Positions 9,136 to 20,730 of a stretch of 64,000 bases of DNA are shown piece by piece. The stretch is from an uncultured cyanobacterium. GTDB taxonomy: Bacteria > Cyanobacteriota > Cyanobacteriia > Cyanobacteriales > Cyanobacteriaceae. The DNA lies in assembly GCA_963749915.1 (NCBI GenBank), contig CAVVOP010000011.1:1-64000 (forward strand). The letters are read 5' to 3'. Every line of letters starts with the position of its first letter. The stretch's first letter is position 1. Under the pieces are notes generated by a model that saw only the letters and a list, made by a program, of their open reading frames with translations, was not told the origin of the DNA and did not search any database. The translations under genes were made by a program, and so were the position numbers.

Positions 9136-10231
9136 ATGGAATTATCAGATTTTAAAAGAGATATTAGCATAATCAGCGATCGCCTGGGTAAAACTCAGGA
9201 CTATCTTTGACATACCCAATCTTAAGGCACAAATCGCCGATTTAGAGCAAGTGGCTGCACAACCAGATTTTTGGGAGATGGGAGAAAAAGCACAACAAAC
9301 TTTACAACAGTTAAACGATGTTAAGTCTAATTTAGACGAGTTTTATCAATGGCAAGGTAATCTAGAAGATACTAAGGCCATTATTGAGTTATTAGAATTG
9401 GAAGGGGATGAGGAGTTATTCACTGAGGCACAAGAAAATATCAACTCTTTAACTCAAGCCTTAGATAAGTGGGAATTGCAACAGTTACTCAGTGGCACTT
9501 ATGATCAAAAGGATGCGATCTTAACTATTAATGCCGGTGCTGGTGGCACAGACGCTCAGGATTGGGCTCAAATGCTATTGAGAATGTACACTCGTTGGGC
9601 AGAAAAGCAAAATTATCGAGTGATTTTAGCGGAAATGTCTCCGGGGGATGAGGCTGGCATCAAGTCAGCAACTTTAGAGATTGAAGGTAAATATGCCTAT
9701 GGTTATTTAAAGGGAGAGAAAGGCACACATCGCCTAGTGAGGATTTCCCCTTATAACGCCAACGGTAAGAGACAGACTAGTTTTGCGGGAGTGGATGTGA
9801 TGCCTAATTTAGGGGAAGAAGCCATTAAGTTGGAAATCCCTGACAAAGATTTAGATATTTCCACTACTCGTGCTGGGGGTAAAGGGGGACAAAATGTTAA
9901 TAAGGTGGAAACTGCCGTAAGAATTGTGCATATTCCCACAGGGATTGCAGTAAGATGTACTCAAGAGCGATCGCAATTACAAAATAAAGAGAAAGCCTTA
10001 GCTATACTCAAGGGCAAATTATTGGTGATAGCAGAAGAACAAAGGGCCAAAGAAATTGCCGAAATTCGGGGTGATATAGTAGAAGCGGCATGGGGCAATC
10101 AAATCCGTAACTATATTTTCCATCCTTATCAGTTAGTTAAAGATTTGCGCACTAATACCGAAACAACGGCGGTAAATAATGTGTTAGATGGAGATTTAAA
10201 CAACTTTGTTGAGGCATATTTACGGAATTAA
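9136..10231 (+). CDS. prfB: Peptide chain release factor 2, programmed +1 frameshift
   Basis: ATG 9136 MELSDFKRD...TQDYL, then CTT TGA C at 9205-9211; the +1 frame joins the 9251 ORF. GGQ motif present; SPY at the SPF position. Confidence 0.97.
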
Positions 10232-10259
10232 CCATTAATCCTATTATTATTTCTTAAAA

Positions 10260-11066
10260 ATGCACATTCTAATTAGTAACGATGATGGAATTTTTGCCCT
10301 CGGTATTCGTACCCTTGCCAATAACATCGCCAGTTATGGACATAAAGTTACAGTGGTAGCACCTGATCGGGAGAGATCCGCTACAGGTCACGGTTTAACC
10401 TTGCACCATCCCATTCGTGCGGATATAATAGAAGGGATTTTTGCCCCAGAAGTTACCGCCTGGTCCTGTTCCGGCACACCTTCCGACTGTGTTAAATTGG
10501 GATTGAGTGCCATATTAAAAGAAAAACCTGATTTTGTTCTCTCTGGCATTAATCAAGGCTCTAATTTAGGGACAGATATACTATACTCTGGAACAGTTTC
10601 CGCCGCTATGGAAGGCACAATCGATGGCATTACCAGTATTGCTTTTAGTTTAGCTAGTTTTACGAAAAAGGAATTTCAACCCGCCGCTAATTATGCCGTA
10701 AAATTAATTGAGCAATTAGTCAAAAATCCTTTACCCGAACCGACTTTGCTCAATGTCAATATTCCTCCTTTGCCAGAGGCGGACATTGCTGGAGTGAAAA
10801 TTACTCGTCAAGGTATTCGGCATTATATTGAGAATTTTCAGGAAAGACTTGATCCTAGGGGGAGAAGTTATTATTGGTTAGCAGGAGAATTGGTGGAAGA
10901 AATCGAACAACCAGAACATATTTATTTACCGCCCGATTTGCCTACAGATGTTCAAGCTAATAAGGAAAATTATATTACCATTACTCCTTTACAATATAAT
11001 TTGACCGATGTTGTGACTGTAAAAGGTTTACAAAATGAGAATTTCGAGGCTCATATTTACTTATAA
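10260..11066 (+). CDS. surE: 5'/3'-nucleotidase SurE
   Basis: [36 protein letters not shown]. Confidence 0.96.
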   Translation: MHILISNDDGIFALGIRTLANNIASYGHKVTVVAPDRERSATGHGLTLHHPIRADIIEGIFAPEVTAWSCSGTPSDCVKLGLSAILKEKPDFVLSGINQGSNLGTDILYSGTVSAAMEGTIDGITSIAFSLASFTKKEFQPAANYAVKLIEQLVKNPLPEPTLLNVNIPPLPEADIAGVKITRQGIRHYIENFQERLDPRGRSYYWLAGELVEEIEQPEHIYLPPDLPTDVQANKENYITITPLQYNLTDVVTVKGLQNENFEAHIYL

Positions 11067-11170
11067 TAACTTTTCCCTTCCCTTAATACTTTATTTCTAA
11101 TTCTGTCTCAAACCATGATATTCTGAATTTTACAAACTAACTTTAATCAAAATTCTAGCTAAAACTAATT

Positions 11171-11761
11171 ATGTCTTCCCCCCAATTTTCTTCTGAAAGT
11201 GGGCCTTATGATGATAGTGAAATTGTCACTATTTATGATGAAGAAGGGCGATCGCTGGATTGTTACGTCGAAAACGAAATTGAGTATGAAGGGAGGGACT
11301 ATGTCTTATTAATGCCCATTGACTTAGCCATTGTCATTCTCACTGAAGAAATCAACACTGATGATGAAGAATACGCCGAAACCATCATGGTAGAAGATAG
11401 TAACGAAATGGAGGCTATTTTCGATGATGCTAAAGCAGTCTTAGGAGAATTAAATCTTTTCCTGAAACGAACTGGTTTTATTTTATCCGCCAGTGGTGAA
11501 TTACCACCTCTTGAAGAAAATAATATCATTAGCCTTGAAATAGAAGAACACATATCGGAAATCGAACCTGAAGAATTACAGTTTTTGGCTAGTTTTTACT
11601 GTTTAGAGCAAAAATATAATATCTGTACTCCTTTAACTCCTATTTTATTTGTGGGAGAGAGAAAAAAAATGGGACAAATTGAGGTATTCCAAACAGGGGA
11701 AGAAGAATTGGGTTGGATTCTTGAAGAATTATTATTTGATGAAGATTACGAAAATAATTAA
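11171..11761 (+). CDS. DUF3727-type acidic cyanobacterial protein
   Basis: DEEGRSL.CY, AKAVLGELNL.L, PEELQFLASF, TPL.P.LF. Confidence 0.75.
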   Translation: MSSPQFSSESGPYDDSEIVTIYDEEGRSLDCYVENEIEYEGRDYVLLMPIDLAIVILTEEINTDDEEYAETIMVEDSNEMEAIFDDAKAVLGELNLFLKRTGFILSASGELPPLEENNIISLEIEEHISEIEPEELQFLASFYCLEQKYNICTPLTPILFVGERKKMGQIEVFQTGEEELGWILEELLFDEDYENN

Positions 11762-11873
11762 CGAAAGCAGAAGGCAGTCCCCATGAAAAAAAATTTTTCA
11801 CCATCAGAGATGAAAGTTGGCACTTTCAAGGCAGATGTTACCATTGGTAATTACTTCAAACTAACGAATATAT

Positions 11874-11954
11874 TAGACATCTCCAACAATTGGGAAAAAG
11901 GGGGTTGAAATGCTTATCCTACCCCACCAAAATTATAATTTATGGAGAGGTCTA
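11874..11954. mobile_element. 81-bp miniature inverted-repeat element
   Basis: TAGACATCTCCA...TGGAGAGGTCTA (11/12 inverted) between convergent genes. Confidence 0.6.
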
Positions 11955-12002
11955 ATGGATATTTTTGACTTTATTTTTTTCTTAAGCCCCGTTAATTAAT
12001 TT

Positions 12003-13529
12003 TTACGCCCCAACAGCTTCTTTAGCGGCATACATAACTTCTAGGGTAATCTCGTTGAATCCTCGTTCACGGGCGAATTTTTCGGTATTACGTTTCACTT
12101 TACCGCGTACAAATCCGGGTACTTTATTTAATTCTCCTTGTGCTTCTCGATTCCAGTTTAAATCAGAATCGGCGGAAATACCCTTTGTGATTACCTCTTT
12201 GGTATCGTGACCGCCAAATATTTCTAATAGGTGATCTTCCATACCCAATGTAAAAGAATTATAAATTAAATCGGTGATTTGGTTTGTGCCTTCATAGCCT
12301 AAAAATGGTTTATAACCGATAGGGAAGTTTTGAATATGTATAGGTGCGGCGATGACTCCACAAGGTATATCTAATCGTTTACCTACATGACGTTCCATCT
12401 GTGTTCCAAAAATAGCCGCCGGTTCAAGTTTGGCGATTGCATCTCCTATTTCGCCATTATCTTCACTAATCAAGACTTGATCACAATATTCGCTGACTTC
12501 TTGACGAAACCAATCAGCATCATATTTGCAATAAGTTCCCGCTAAGACGACATGAATACCCATTTCACGGGCTAAAATTTTAGTAATGGCGGCGGCATGG
12601 GTGTTGTCACCAAAAACCACGGCTTTTTTGCCCGTCAAATTTTGACAGTCAATAGAGCGAGAAAACCATGCAGCTTCGGACACATGGAGAGTTTGGTATT
12701 CGATAAAATCTTCATAGTCAACATTCGCACCTTGAGCATTAATTACCTGTTGAATTTTGCGTATACAACGGGCCGTTTCTACCACTCCCATGGGGGTTAT
12801 CTCCACGGTCGGTATCCCAAATTCTTGTTCCAGATAACGGGTCGTCATTAACCCTAATTCCCGATAAGGCACAAGATTAAACCATGCTTGAGGTAGTTTT
12901 TTCAAATCATGGACTGAGGCACCATCAGGGATAATAAGGTTAATTTCAATGCCCAAATCTGCCATTAATTTTTTCAGTTCCCGACAGTCATGGTGGTTAT
13001 GAAACCCGAGGGTAGAAATGCCAATAATATTTACCGAGGGATTAGGGGTTTTCTCTGTGACAATATCACCTTTTTTCTGGCCTTTACGAATATAGTATTG
13101 CACAATCTGCTCCAAAGTGCGGTCGGCGGCTTGTAATTCATTAACACGATAATGGTTAACATCGGCTAATAGAACATCGCCCTTAGAATCAATTTGTGCC
13201 CGTGCCACAAAATTTTCTAAGTCTTCCTGTAAAATACTAGAGGTACAAGTGGGGGTAAGTACAATTAAATCGGGATTTTCTTCCTGATCTTTGCGGACAA
13301 TATTATCGACAACTTTTTCTTGGGATCCCCTCGCTAAAACATTGCGATCGACTATACTAGCAGTAACGGGGGTAAAGTCTCTTTCTCGCTCCAACATCGA
13401 TCTCATAACGTTAAAATAATCGTCGCCCAGGGGTGCGTGCATAATAGCATGAACATTTTTGAAAGAACTAGCAATTCTTAGTGTGCCAATATGTGCAGGG
13501 CCAGCATACATCCAGTAAGCTAATTTCAT
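12003..13529 (-). CDS. chlB: Light-independent protochlorophyllide reductase subunit B
   Basis: [15 protein letters not shown] start (ATG 13529), [10 protein letters not shown]-terminal PCP_red domain ([11 protein letters not shown]). Confidence 0.98.
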   Translation of the reverse strand: MKLAYWMYAGPAHIGTLRIASSFKNVHAIMHAPLGDDYFNVMRSMLERERDFTPVTASIVDRNVLARGSQEKVVDNIVRKDQEENPDLIVLTPTCTSSILQEDLENFVARAQIDSKGDVLLADVNHYRVNELQAADRTLEQIVQYYIRKGQKKGDIVTEKTPNPSVNIIGISTLGFHNHHDCRELKKLMADLGIEINLIIPDGASVHDLKKLPQAWFNLVPYRELGLMTTRYLEQEFGIPTVEITPMGVVETARCIRKIQQVINAQGANVDYEDFIEYQTLHVSEAAWFSRSIDCQNLTGKKAVVFGDNTHAAAITKILAREMGIHVVLAGTYCKYDADWFRQEVSEYCDQVLISEDNGEIGDAIAKLEPAAIFGTQMERHVGKRLDIPCGVIAAPIHIQNFPIGYKPFLGYEGTNQITDLIYNSFTLGMEDHLLEIFGGHDTKEVITKGISADSDLNWNREAQGELNKVPGFVRGKVKRNTEKFARERGFNEITLEVMYAAKEAVGA

Positions 13530-13645
13530 AGAATAATATCTCCGTGTTTTGGCTGATCTCAATCTTCTTCTTATAGTTTGGTATTTTTTCTCCCTTTCAG
13601 GGATTTTCAGTTACAAATATTCACTATACAAAACTTAATATAACC

Positions 13646-14620
13646 TCATGTGCATAAATTATTTAGGCCTACTATTTCACCTACACACACTTGATTTCTG
13701 CCATTTTCTTTAGCTTGATAAAGTGCAGAATCTGCTTTTTGAACCATGGCATCAAAATTTTTATGGTTGTGGTGATACACAGAAATACCAAGACTAATCG
13801 TTATACTAATTTCGCTATCAAGGAGAGGAATCTTCAATAAAGAGACATTTTCTCTGATTCTTTCAGCCATATATTTACTGTCGGAAAAATCAGTTTCTGG
13901 CAAAATAAGCATAAATTCTTCCCCACCAATTCTACCAAAATAATCTAATTTTCTGATTAATGTTTCAATAGTTTCAGTGACTTTTATTAAAACTTTGTCC
14001 CCTGTAGGATGTCCATATTTATCATTAATTTGCTTAAAACAATCTATGTCTAAAATTAATAAAGAAAATGATTTGTTATAGCGAATACTCCGATTAAATT
14101 CTTGTTCTCCTAAAGCAAAAATTTTACGACGATTAAAAATACCAGTCAAAGAATCTGTGGTTGCCAATTCCTGTAATTTATTAATTAAAATCTCTTTTTC
14201 CGCTATCAAGACTTTTAAATTATCTCTGGCCTGTTTCAACTGTAAATGAGTCTTCACCCTAGCTAAAACTTCCATATACCTGTAGGGTTTAGTAATATAA
14301 TCCGTCGCGCCTTTTGCAAAAGCCTCTAAAATGTGATTTTCATTATGACTAGCCGTTATAAAAATAACGGGAATTTCTTGGTATTTAGGTTGACTTTTAA
14401 TAATTTCACATAATTCTAATCCGTCTATTTCAGGCATCATTAAATCAAGGAGAATTAAGCTAGGAGTAATGTTTTCTAGTTGATTTAATGCTTGAACAGC
14501 ATTGTCTGCAGTTACAGTCTGATAATTAGCTTGTTTCAAAATGCCTATGATTAATTCAACATTCATAAAAGAATCATCGATGACAAGAATAGTGAAATTT
14601 TCAGGATTAAACATTGACAT
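13646..14620 (-). CDS. Response-regulator diguanylate cyclase (REC-GGDEF)
   Basis: ILVIDD, LLDLMMP, DYITKP; TDSLTG, GGEEF. Confidence 0.93.
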   Translation of the reverse strand: MSMFNPENFTILVIDDSFMNVELIIGILKQANYQTVTADNAVQALNQLENITPSLILLDLMMPEIDGLELCEIIKSQPKYQEIPVIFITASHNENHILEAFAKGATDYITKPYRYMEVLARVKTHLQLKQARDNLKVLIAEKEILINKLQELATTDSLTGIFNRRKIFALGEQEFNRSIRYNKSFSLLILDIDCFKQINDKYGHPTGDKVLIKVTETIETLIRKLDYFGRIGGEEFMLILPETDFSDSKYMAERIRENVSLLKIPLLDSEISITISLGISVYHHNHKNFDAMVQKADSALYQAKENGRNQVCVGEIVGLNNLCT

Positions 14621-14654
14621 TGAAATTAAAGATTCTCATTTATTATATCTATAA

Positions 14655-15050
14655 TTAAACTAACAATTGACGACGTTTTTGTTCAAATTCATATTCGGAA
14701 ATTAGACCTTCTTGACGTAATTTTTCTAACTCTCTTAATGCTATGGCAATTTCTGTAACTTGTTGGGGATTTTTTATACTATTTTCGGTTTCCACCGTTA
14801 AGCTAGGATTAAAACGAAGATTAAAAAAATTCTGATCTTGGGTTAAATATAGTACTGTATCTACTGCACAAGCGATACGTGCTATGGGACTTTGCCAACT
14901 AAGAAGAAGATAAAGCACTCCCCACAGAGGTTGACCCAAGTAAAATTTATGTAAGCCTACTAAAGGTGTTACTGTTCCCATCAGAGCGAGAATAATGGTG
15001 AATATTCTTTTCTTTGGTTGATTTAAAAAACTGATAGATTTAGAGAGCAT
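14655..15050 (-). CDS. TM2/NINE-domain membrane protein with C-terminal SHOCT
   Basis: GLHKFYLG; LEKLRQEGLISEYEFEQKRRQLL. Confidence 0.85.
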   Translation of the reverse strand: MLSKSISFLNQPKKRIFTIILALMGTVTPLVGLHKFYLGQPLWGVLYLLLSWQSPIARIACAVDTVLYLTQDQNFFNLRFNPSLTVETENSIKNPQQVTEIAIALRELEKLRQEGLISEYEFEQKRRQLLV

Positions 15051-15176
15051 AGTGATTGAAGGTTACGGAAATCCGTATTTTGAAGATAATATACATAATT
15101 TTATAATTAGTAATATATTAAAACAAGAAAAATTTATTTTCTATAATAGACATAAAGTTGTGAAAACGGGGGCAAA

Positions 15177-15488
15177 ATGGGATTTTTTGATTCAGAAGTC
15201 GTACAACAAGAAGCTAAACAGTTATTTGAAGATTATCAGTCATTAACTCAATTGGGTAGCGAGTTTGGCAAATTTGATCGGGAAGGAAAAAAAATCTTCA
15301 TCGAAAAAATGGAAGATATGATGGATCGATATCGTATTTTTGTGAAAAGATTCGAGTTATCAGAAGACTTTATGGCAAAAATGACCATTGAACAACTTAA
15401 AACCCAGTTAAATCAATTTGGGACAACTCCCGAACAAATGTTTCAGCAAATGCATTCAACCCTAGAGAGAATGAAAAAAGAAATTTAA
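15177..15488 (+). CDS. DUF1825 family protein
   Basis: MGFFDSEVVQQEAKQLFEDYQ...FDREGKK...RFELSEDF. Confidence 0.85.
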   Translation: MGFFDSEVVQQEAKQLFEDYQSLTQLGSEFGKFDREGKKIFIEKMEDMMDRYRIFVKRFELSEDFMAKMTIEQLKTQLNQFGTTPEQMFQQMHSTLERMKKEI

Positions 15489-15611
15489 TTCAGAGGGGAG
15501 ATAAACCTACATAAAAAGTTCGGTTTTACTTAACCATAAAAAGGAATTAACTTGGTACATTGTCAATAGATTGATACTTTTACATAAAAGAATCTTTGAA
15601 GGAGAAAAACA

Positions 15612-15962
15612 GTGAATTATAAACAAAATCGTCGTAATAAATATTTCAATCAGCCAGAAGAAGACAATAATTTTTTAGATTATCTTCAATCCCTCACTCC
15701 AGAAACTATTAATCAACTTTCTAAACCTCAATCTCAAGAAGTGTTTCAAGTAATGGAAAGGAATATTATGGGGATGTTGGGAACTTTGCCGTCAGAACAT
15801 TTCGGCATTATGGTTAGTACTAATAGGGAAAATTTGGGTAAATTACTAGCTTCAGCAATGATGAGTGGTTATTTTCTCAGAAACGCTGAACAAAGAATGG
15901 ATTTTGAAAAGGCCTTATCAGCAGGGGAAACTCACCATGACCACAGTGATTCCCCTGATTAG
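15612..15962 (+). CDS. DUF760 family protein
   Basis: LSKP.S.EV.QVMERNI.G.LG.LP; LLASAMMSGYFLRNAEQR. Confidence 0.85.
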   Translation: MNYKQNRRNKYFNQPEEDNNFLDYLQSLTPETINQLSKPQSQEVFQVMERNIMGMLGTLPSEHFGIMVSTNRENLGKLLASAMMSGYFLRNAEQRMDFEKALSAGETHHDHSDSPD

Positions 15963-16068
15963 ATGGATTTGGGGAAAGACAAAAAAACTAGGGGAATAGG
16001 TAACAGTTAATTATTTTAACTACGAACTCATTGTTGATTGTTAATTGTTAATGGCTAATGACTAATTG

Positions 16069-18186
16069 CTAATTACTAGTTGTCAACTCATAGCGATTAG
16101 TAAGTTTGTCTAACTGCTGTAATAACAGGCTGAGGAATAAACCGACATCGGTGACTATGCCCACAGATTCCACTGAACCTCGATCGCTTAACTTGGTCAC
16201 TACGGCAGGGTTAATATCCACACAGACCATTTTTACTCCCGCCGCCGTCATATTACCGACACCAATGGAGTGCAACATTGTAGAAAGCATGATGATCATA
16301 TCTGTGCCTTTTAACAGACGAGAATATTCTTCTTGTGCTTTGATTAAATCCATATGGGTGTCAGGTAAAGGGCCATCATCCCGAATTGAACCGGCGAGAC
16401 AGAAGGGAACGTTATTGGTTACGCATTCATACATAATCCCTTTGGTGACGATACCTTGTTGTACGGCTTCAGCAATACTTCCAGCACGGCGGACTGCATT
16501 GATGACTTTGAGGTGATGACGATGACCTCCGCTTACCGGGATGCCTTTGCGCATATCTACCCCTAACGATGTTCCCATGATGGATTGTTCCATGTCATGA
16601 ACAGCGATGGCATTGCCACCGAGAAGACATTGAACATAACCCTCACGGATGAGGCGAGAAAGATGTTCAGAACCGCCAGTATGAATAACTACTGGACCAG
16701 CGACAACGGCGACTTTACCCCCTTGATCTCTGATATGACGCATTTCCCAAGCAATTTGTTCTACTAATAATTCTACTCGGCGCTCACTGGAAACACCACC
16801 ACTCATGAAACTAAATTCTTGGGTTTGGTTTCTTTGTTCTCTTGATTGGGGAGATCTGACTGTGCGTATGCCATCGACTCCCACAACCACTTTTTCGCCA
16901 ACTTCTAAGTCACGCAGTAATTTACAAGTCGCAATGGTCCCTTCTTCTGTTTCGCAAATGGCGATAGCACCATCCATCCGTTGATTAGTAACTCTTTCCC
17001 AATAACCGTTAACTCTGACTTCGGTGGGGTAAATTGTAGTTACATAAAAATCATCAGGAGAAACCCCTGCTTTTACCACCGTTTCCAGGTTGACATCGGA
17101 CTCTTTATCAGGGAGAGACATCGCACCCAAATCAATCAAAAGACTGACAATATCCTCCATCACTTCCCCAGACGGTGCAGAAATACGGACTTCCGCAGTA
17201 GATGGACTTTGTCTTTCGATTCCTAAATCAAAATTCAGTACTTTAAAACTACCACCTTCTTTGATAACCACATCTAAAGCACGATTCATCAAGCCACTAT
17301 CGAGTAAATGCCCCTCCATTTTGATAACTCGACTGGTGACAGTTATATTTGCATGAACGTCCTCTAAAATCGGTTCAGTGACTCTCAGAGTAAGACATTT
17401 TGCGGCACCACCGGCTTTCAAAAATTCCGTTAAAGGAGTTTGAAGAACTTTAAAACCTTTATCGGTGATGTTTTGTTCTAAATCATGAGTAATTTTATTC
17501 ATGATCACCACATCGTCAATGTTAACGGCGTTACAAGCAAAATTAACCGCATCGGCTTCTTCGACGATAATACGTTTTTCTTCCGGTACACGCATTTCGA
17601 TGAGGCGATTGGAATAGCTATCAAACGCTTCGGGATAGTAAAGTAAGTAACCATTAGCTAGAGGACAAAAACAAGTGTCTAAATGATAAAAGCGGTTATC
17701 GATGAGGCGTAGAGATAAAACCTCTGTATCCAACCATTTAGCAATATAGGGATGAGAGTCTAATTCTGAGCGGAAACCGTAGCCAGCCCATAACCAACGT
17801 CCTTCTCTATCAAATAAAGCGTCTCCTGCACCTTCAAAGGGTAAATCTTTCGGCAATTCATAGACGGTAAAAGCGTTTTCTTCAAACCACTGTTTAAAAA
17901 ATGGTTCTTCCCCTTGTCTTTCAGGATGATAAAAGCGACTTAACACCACATTCTGCCCCAACACTAAACCAGCATTAGCGGTGAAAACCATATCAGGAAC
18001 ACCTTTTTGAGGGGTGACTAAATCGACAATAGCGTGTTCTTTGATAATGTGATGAAGTTTTTGCCATTGCTCAACAGCACGATCTCGACTAGATTTATGT
18101 ATATTACCTTCCATCCAAGGGTTGATCACATAGTCCACATCGTAGTGATCAGGGGCACACATAAGGATGCGAATGTCTTGAGTCAT
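16069..18186 (-). CDS. argZ: Arginine dihydrolase ArgZ/AgrE (amidinotransferase fold + LOR/SDH domain)
   Basis: 705 aa; INPWM, PDMVFTANAG, YHLDTCF, GGAAKCL; C-terminal GPVVIHTG, GSIRDDGPLPD. Confidence 0.93.
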   Translation of the reverse strand: MTQDIRILMCAPDHYDVDYVINPWMEGNIHKSSRDRAVEQWQKLHHIIKEHAIVDLVTPQKGVPDMVFTANAGLVLGQNVVLSRFYHPERQGEEPFFKQWFEENAFTVYELPKDLPFEGAGDALFDREGRWLWAGYGFRSELDSHPYIAKWLDTEVLSLRLIDNRFYHLDTCFCPLANGYLLYYPEAFDSYSNRLIEMRVPEEKRIIVEEADAVNFACNAVNIDDVVIMNKITHDLEQNITDKGFKVLQTPLTEFLKAGGAAKCLTLRVTEPILEDVHANITVTSRVIKMEGHLLDSGLMNRALDVVIKEGGSFKVLNFDLGIERQSPSTAEVRISAPSGEVMEDIVSLLIDLGAMSLPDKESDVNLETVVKAGVSPDDFYVTTIYPTEVRVNGYWERVTNQRMDGAIAICETEEGTIATCKLLRDLEVGEKVVVGVDGIRTVRSPQSREQRNQTQEFSFMSGGVSSERRVELLVEQIAWEMRHIRDQGGKVAVVAGPVVIHTGGSEHLSRLIREGYVQCLLGGNAIAVHDMEQSIMGTSLGVDMRKGIPVSGGHRHHLKVINAVRRAGSIAEAVQQGIVTKGIMYECVTNNVPFCLAGSIRDDGPLPDTHMDLIKAQEEYSRLLKGTDMIIMLSTMLHSIGVGNMTAAGVKMVCVDINPAVVTKLSDRGSVESVGIVTDVGLFLSLLLQQLDKLTNRYELTTSN

Positions 18187-18590
18187 AACAATCTAAAATT
18201 TGATATTTACTATAAGATTTGATTGGCTAATACAGTGCTTTTCAGAATCAATGAACCAGATTTGGATTTGGGTTAATACCATTCGCCCGACAAATTTTCT
18301 GGTTTACCCAAACGAAAACTACTATAGTGTCTGTAACCACAACTTTTTTTTGCCAACATTCTATTATAACTTGATGTTGTAGGTGCTTTTACTCTAAAAT
18401 TTGAGATGTATAGAAATGATAACTTATAGCAATGAACAATCAACAATCCATAGTTAACGGTTATCAATTACCAATTAGTTTTTTTAAGTTAAATTTACTT
18501 TGGTTCGATCTTTGCTCAACCTGAGTTGCTCCAAATGCACCGTAATTCATAAATAAAGACAAAACATTAGCAAAAAAAATCAAAAAATGG

Positions 18591-18604
18591 GTATGAAATT
18601 GTAC
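18591..18604. promoter_or_regulatory. NtcA-consensus site
   Basis: GTA-TGAAATTG-TAC (GTA-N8-TAC) in the divergent argZ/gap2 spacer, 72 bp before gap2. Confidence 0.4.
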
Positions 18605-18676
18605 AATCTTTACGATATGATTAGGCACATTAGAAAAATTTACTTTATTTAGTTTAAATAACAGAGGAAATAAACT

Positions 18677-19690
18677 GTGGTTAGAGTTGCTATCAATGGT
18701 TTCGGACGTATTGGCCGTAACTTTTTACGTTGTTGGTTAGGTCGTGAGAATAGTGGTTTAGAATTAGTAGGTATTAATGACACTTCTGATCCCAAAACTA
18801 ATGCACATTTACTCAAATATGATTCCATGTTGGGTAAATTAGATGCTGATATTCAAGCGGATGAAAATTCCTTAATAGTTAATGGTAAAACTATCAAATG
18901 TGTTTCTGATCGCAATCCTCTTAACTTGCCTTGGGGAGATTGGGGAGTAGATTTAATTATCGAAGCTACTGGGGTATTTGTCACCGATGAAGGAGCTTCC
19001 AAACACATTCAAGCAGGAGCGAAAAAAGTCTTAATCACCGCACCAGGGAAAGGTGCTAATGTGGGTACTTATGTTGTAGGTGTTAACCATAAAGACTATA
19101 GTCACGATAAATATAATGTTATTAGTAATGCTAGTTGTACCACTAACTGTTTAGCACCCATCGCTAAAGTTATTCATGAAAATTTCGGTATTATTAAAGG
19201 TACAATGACAACTACTCACAGTTATACTGGGGATCAAAGGTTGTTAGATGCTAGTCATCGTGATTTGCGTCGTGCACGGGCGGCAGCTGTTAATATTGTA
19301 CCTACTAGCACCGGGGCGGCTCAAGCTGTAGCTTTAGTATTACCTGAATTAAAAGGAAAATTAAACGGTATCGCCTTGAGAGTACCTACTCCTAACGTTT
19401 CTATTGTAGATTTAGTCGTACAAGTTGAAAAAAGTACCATCACAGAGCAAGTTAATGACGTTGTCAGAGAAGCCTCGGAAGGTGAATTAAAGGGTATTTT
19501 AGGTTATAACGAATTACCTTTAGTCTCTTCTGATTATCGTGGGACTAATGTATCTTCCATTGTTGATGCTAATTTAACAATGGTCATGGCTGGAGATATG
19601 GTTAAAATCGTAGCTTGGTATGATAACGAATGGGGTTATTCTCAAAGAGTTGTTGACTTAGCGGAGATTGTTGCTTCTAACTGGAAATAA
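18677..19690 (+). CDS. gap2: NAD(P)-dependent glyceraldehyde-3-phosphate dehydrogenase
   Basis: [38 protein letters not shown]. Confidence 0.96.
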   Translation: MVRVAINGFGRIGRNFLRCWLGRENSGLELVGINDTSDPKTNAHLLKYDSMLGKLDADIQADENSLIVNGKTIKCVSDRNPLNLPWGDWGVDLIIEATGVFVTDEGASKHIQAGAKKVLITAPGKGANVGTYVVGVNHKDYSHDKYNVISNASCTTNCLAPIAKVIHENFGIIKGTMTTTHSYTGDQRLLDASHRDLRRARAAAVNIVPTSTGAAQAVALVLPELKGKLNGIALRVPTPNVSIVDLVVQVEKSTITEQVNDVVREASEGELKGILGYNELPLVSSDYRGTNVSSIVDANLTMVMAGDMVKIVAWYDNEWGYSQRVVDLAEIVASNWK

Positions 19691-19818
19691 TAATTAACTC
19701 AGTTTGAATAGACATTTCCAAAAATTAAAATTAAAATCAATTTGAGGCAATAAATCATGAATTTCCCCCCCTATTTCTTATTGTTTGACCTCTAAAAGAA
19801 GTCTGATATATAATCGCC

Positions 19819-19847
19819 GATGCTCTGTGATAGGGCATCTTTTTTTT
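19819..19847 (+). terminator. Intrinsic terminator after gap2
   Basis: GATGCTCT-GTGAT-AGGGCATC hairpin followed by a T run. Confidence 0.7.
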
Positions 19848-19932
19848 GGCGTTGCACCGTGTCCATCATTTTGGATTTTGAAGCAGAGATGAGGGCGGCG
19901 ATGCCCCATGGACTGTAACAAATAATTTTTTT

Positions 19933-20631
19933 TTATTCGGCAGAAGACCAAGCATTTATCGTTACTGGGACTATTGGTGTTATTAGTTCGACAATTGCCT
20001 GAGCATAAGCTCCAATTTCACTTTGTGCTCCAGCACCACGACGCAAATCAATAAAATGTAATAAAGCTTGTAAAGAAACGGTCCACACCCAAGATGTATA
20101 AACAGAGGGAATCAAAACGCCCCTAGCTTGCTCTCTTCCAACTCCTAAATCTAACAATTTAGAATATGCCTCATAACTTGCTTGACATTGTTTTTGATAA
20201 ATAGAAATTGCTATATCATTTTCACTTTTTTCCAAGTTGCCACTAGTTGACTGTTTATTGCTTTTTGCCTGCTTTCTAAAGGTTTGTGGAATATAAAATT
20301 CATTACTATCATCAATAGATACATAACGAAAACTTTTTTCATTCCAGCCTAGTTGTTCGTCATTATGATTACTGGCGATGACGTGTTTCCACCATTGACG
20401 ACAAATATATAGTGGAGCTTTAACTTTAAATTTGAAAACGACACCCCGAAAAGGGCTCGTATGCTCATGCTTTATAAGATATTGAATTAATTTGATATCT
20501 TTTTCATTCAACTCCAATGAACTTTTTTCAAAAGATGCTCTAGCATCATTTACAATGCTTCGGTCATTGCCCATTGAGTCGATAAGTTCGATTTTACTTT
20601 TTCCATCGTTTAAAGGGCCTTTATAGTTCAC
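19933..20631 (-). CDS. thyX: FAD-dependent thymidylate synthase
   Basis: HEHTSPF, RQWWKH...WNEKSFRY, REQARGVL, AQSEI; likely GTG start at 20631 after AGGAG. Confidence 0.92.
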   Translation of the reverse strand: MNYKGPLNDGKSKIELIDSMGNDRSIVNDARASFEKSSLELNEKDIKLIQYLIKHEHTSPFRGVVFKFKVKAPLYICRQWWKHVIASNHNDEQLGWNEKSFRYVSIDDSNEFYIPQTFRKQAKSNKQSTSGNLEKSENDIAISIYQKQCQASYEAYSKLLDLGVGREQARGVLIPSVYTSWVWTVSLQALLHFIDLRRGAGAQSEIGAYAQAIVELITPIVPVTINAWSSAE

Positions 20632-20730
20632 GATACTCCTTCTATTCCTCTGATAGTATTGCACAAGTTATTTGCGACTTTTTCGTTCATTTCTAAATGT
20701 CGTTGCCATGGTGGTAAGGCAGGAGGTAAT

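Noticed and set aside
16106..17356. Short antisense ORFs within argZ (and similar ones in ftsZ, trpD, prlC, tex)
   Set aside because: Shadow ORFs opposite conserved genes, with no recognisable motifs.
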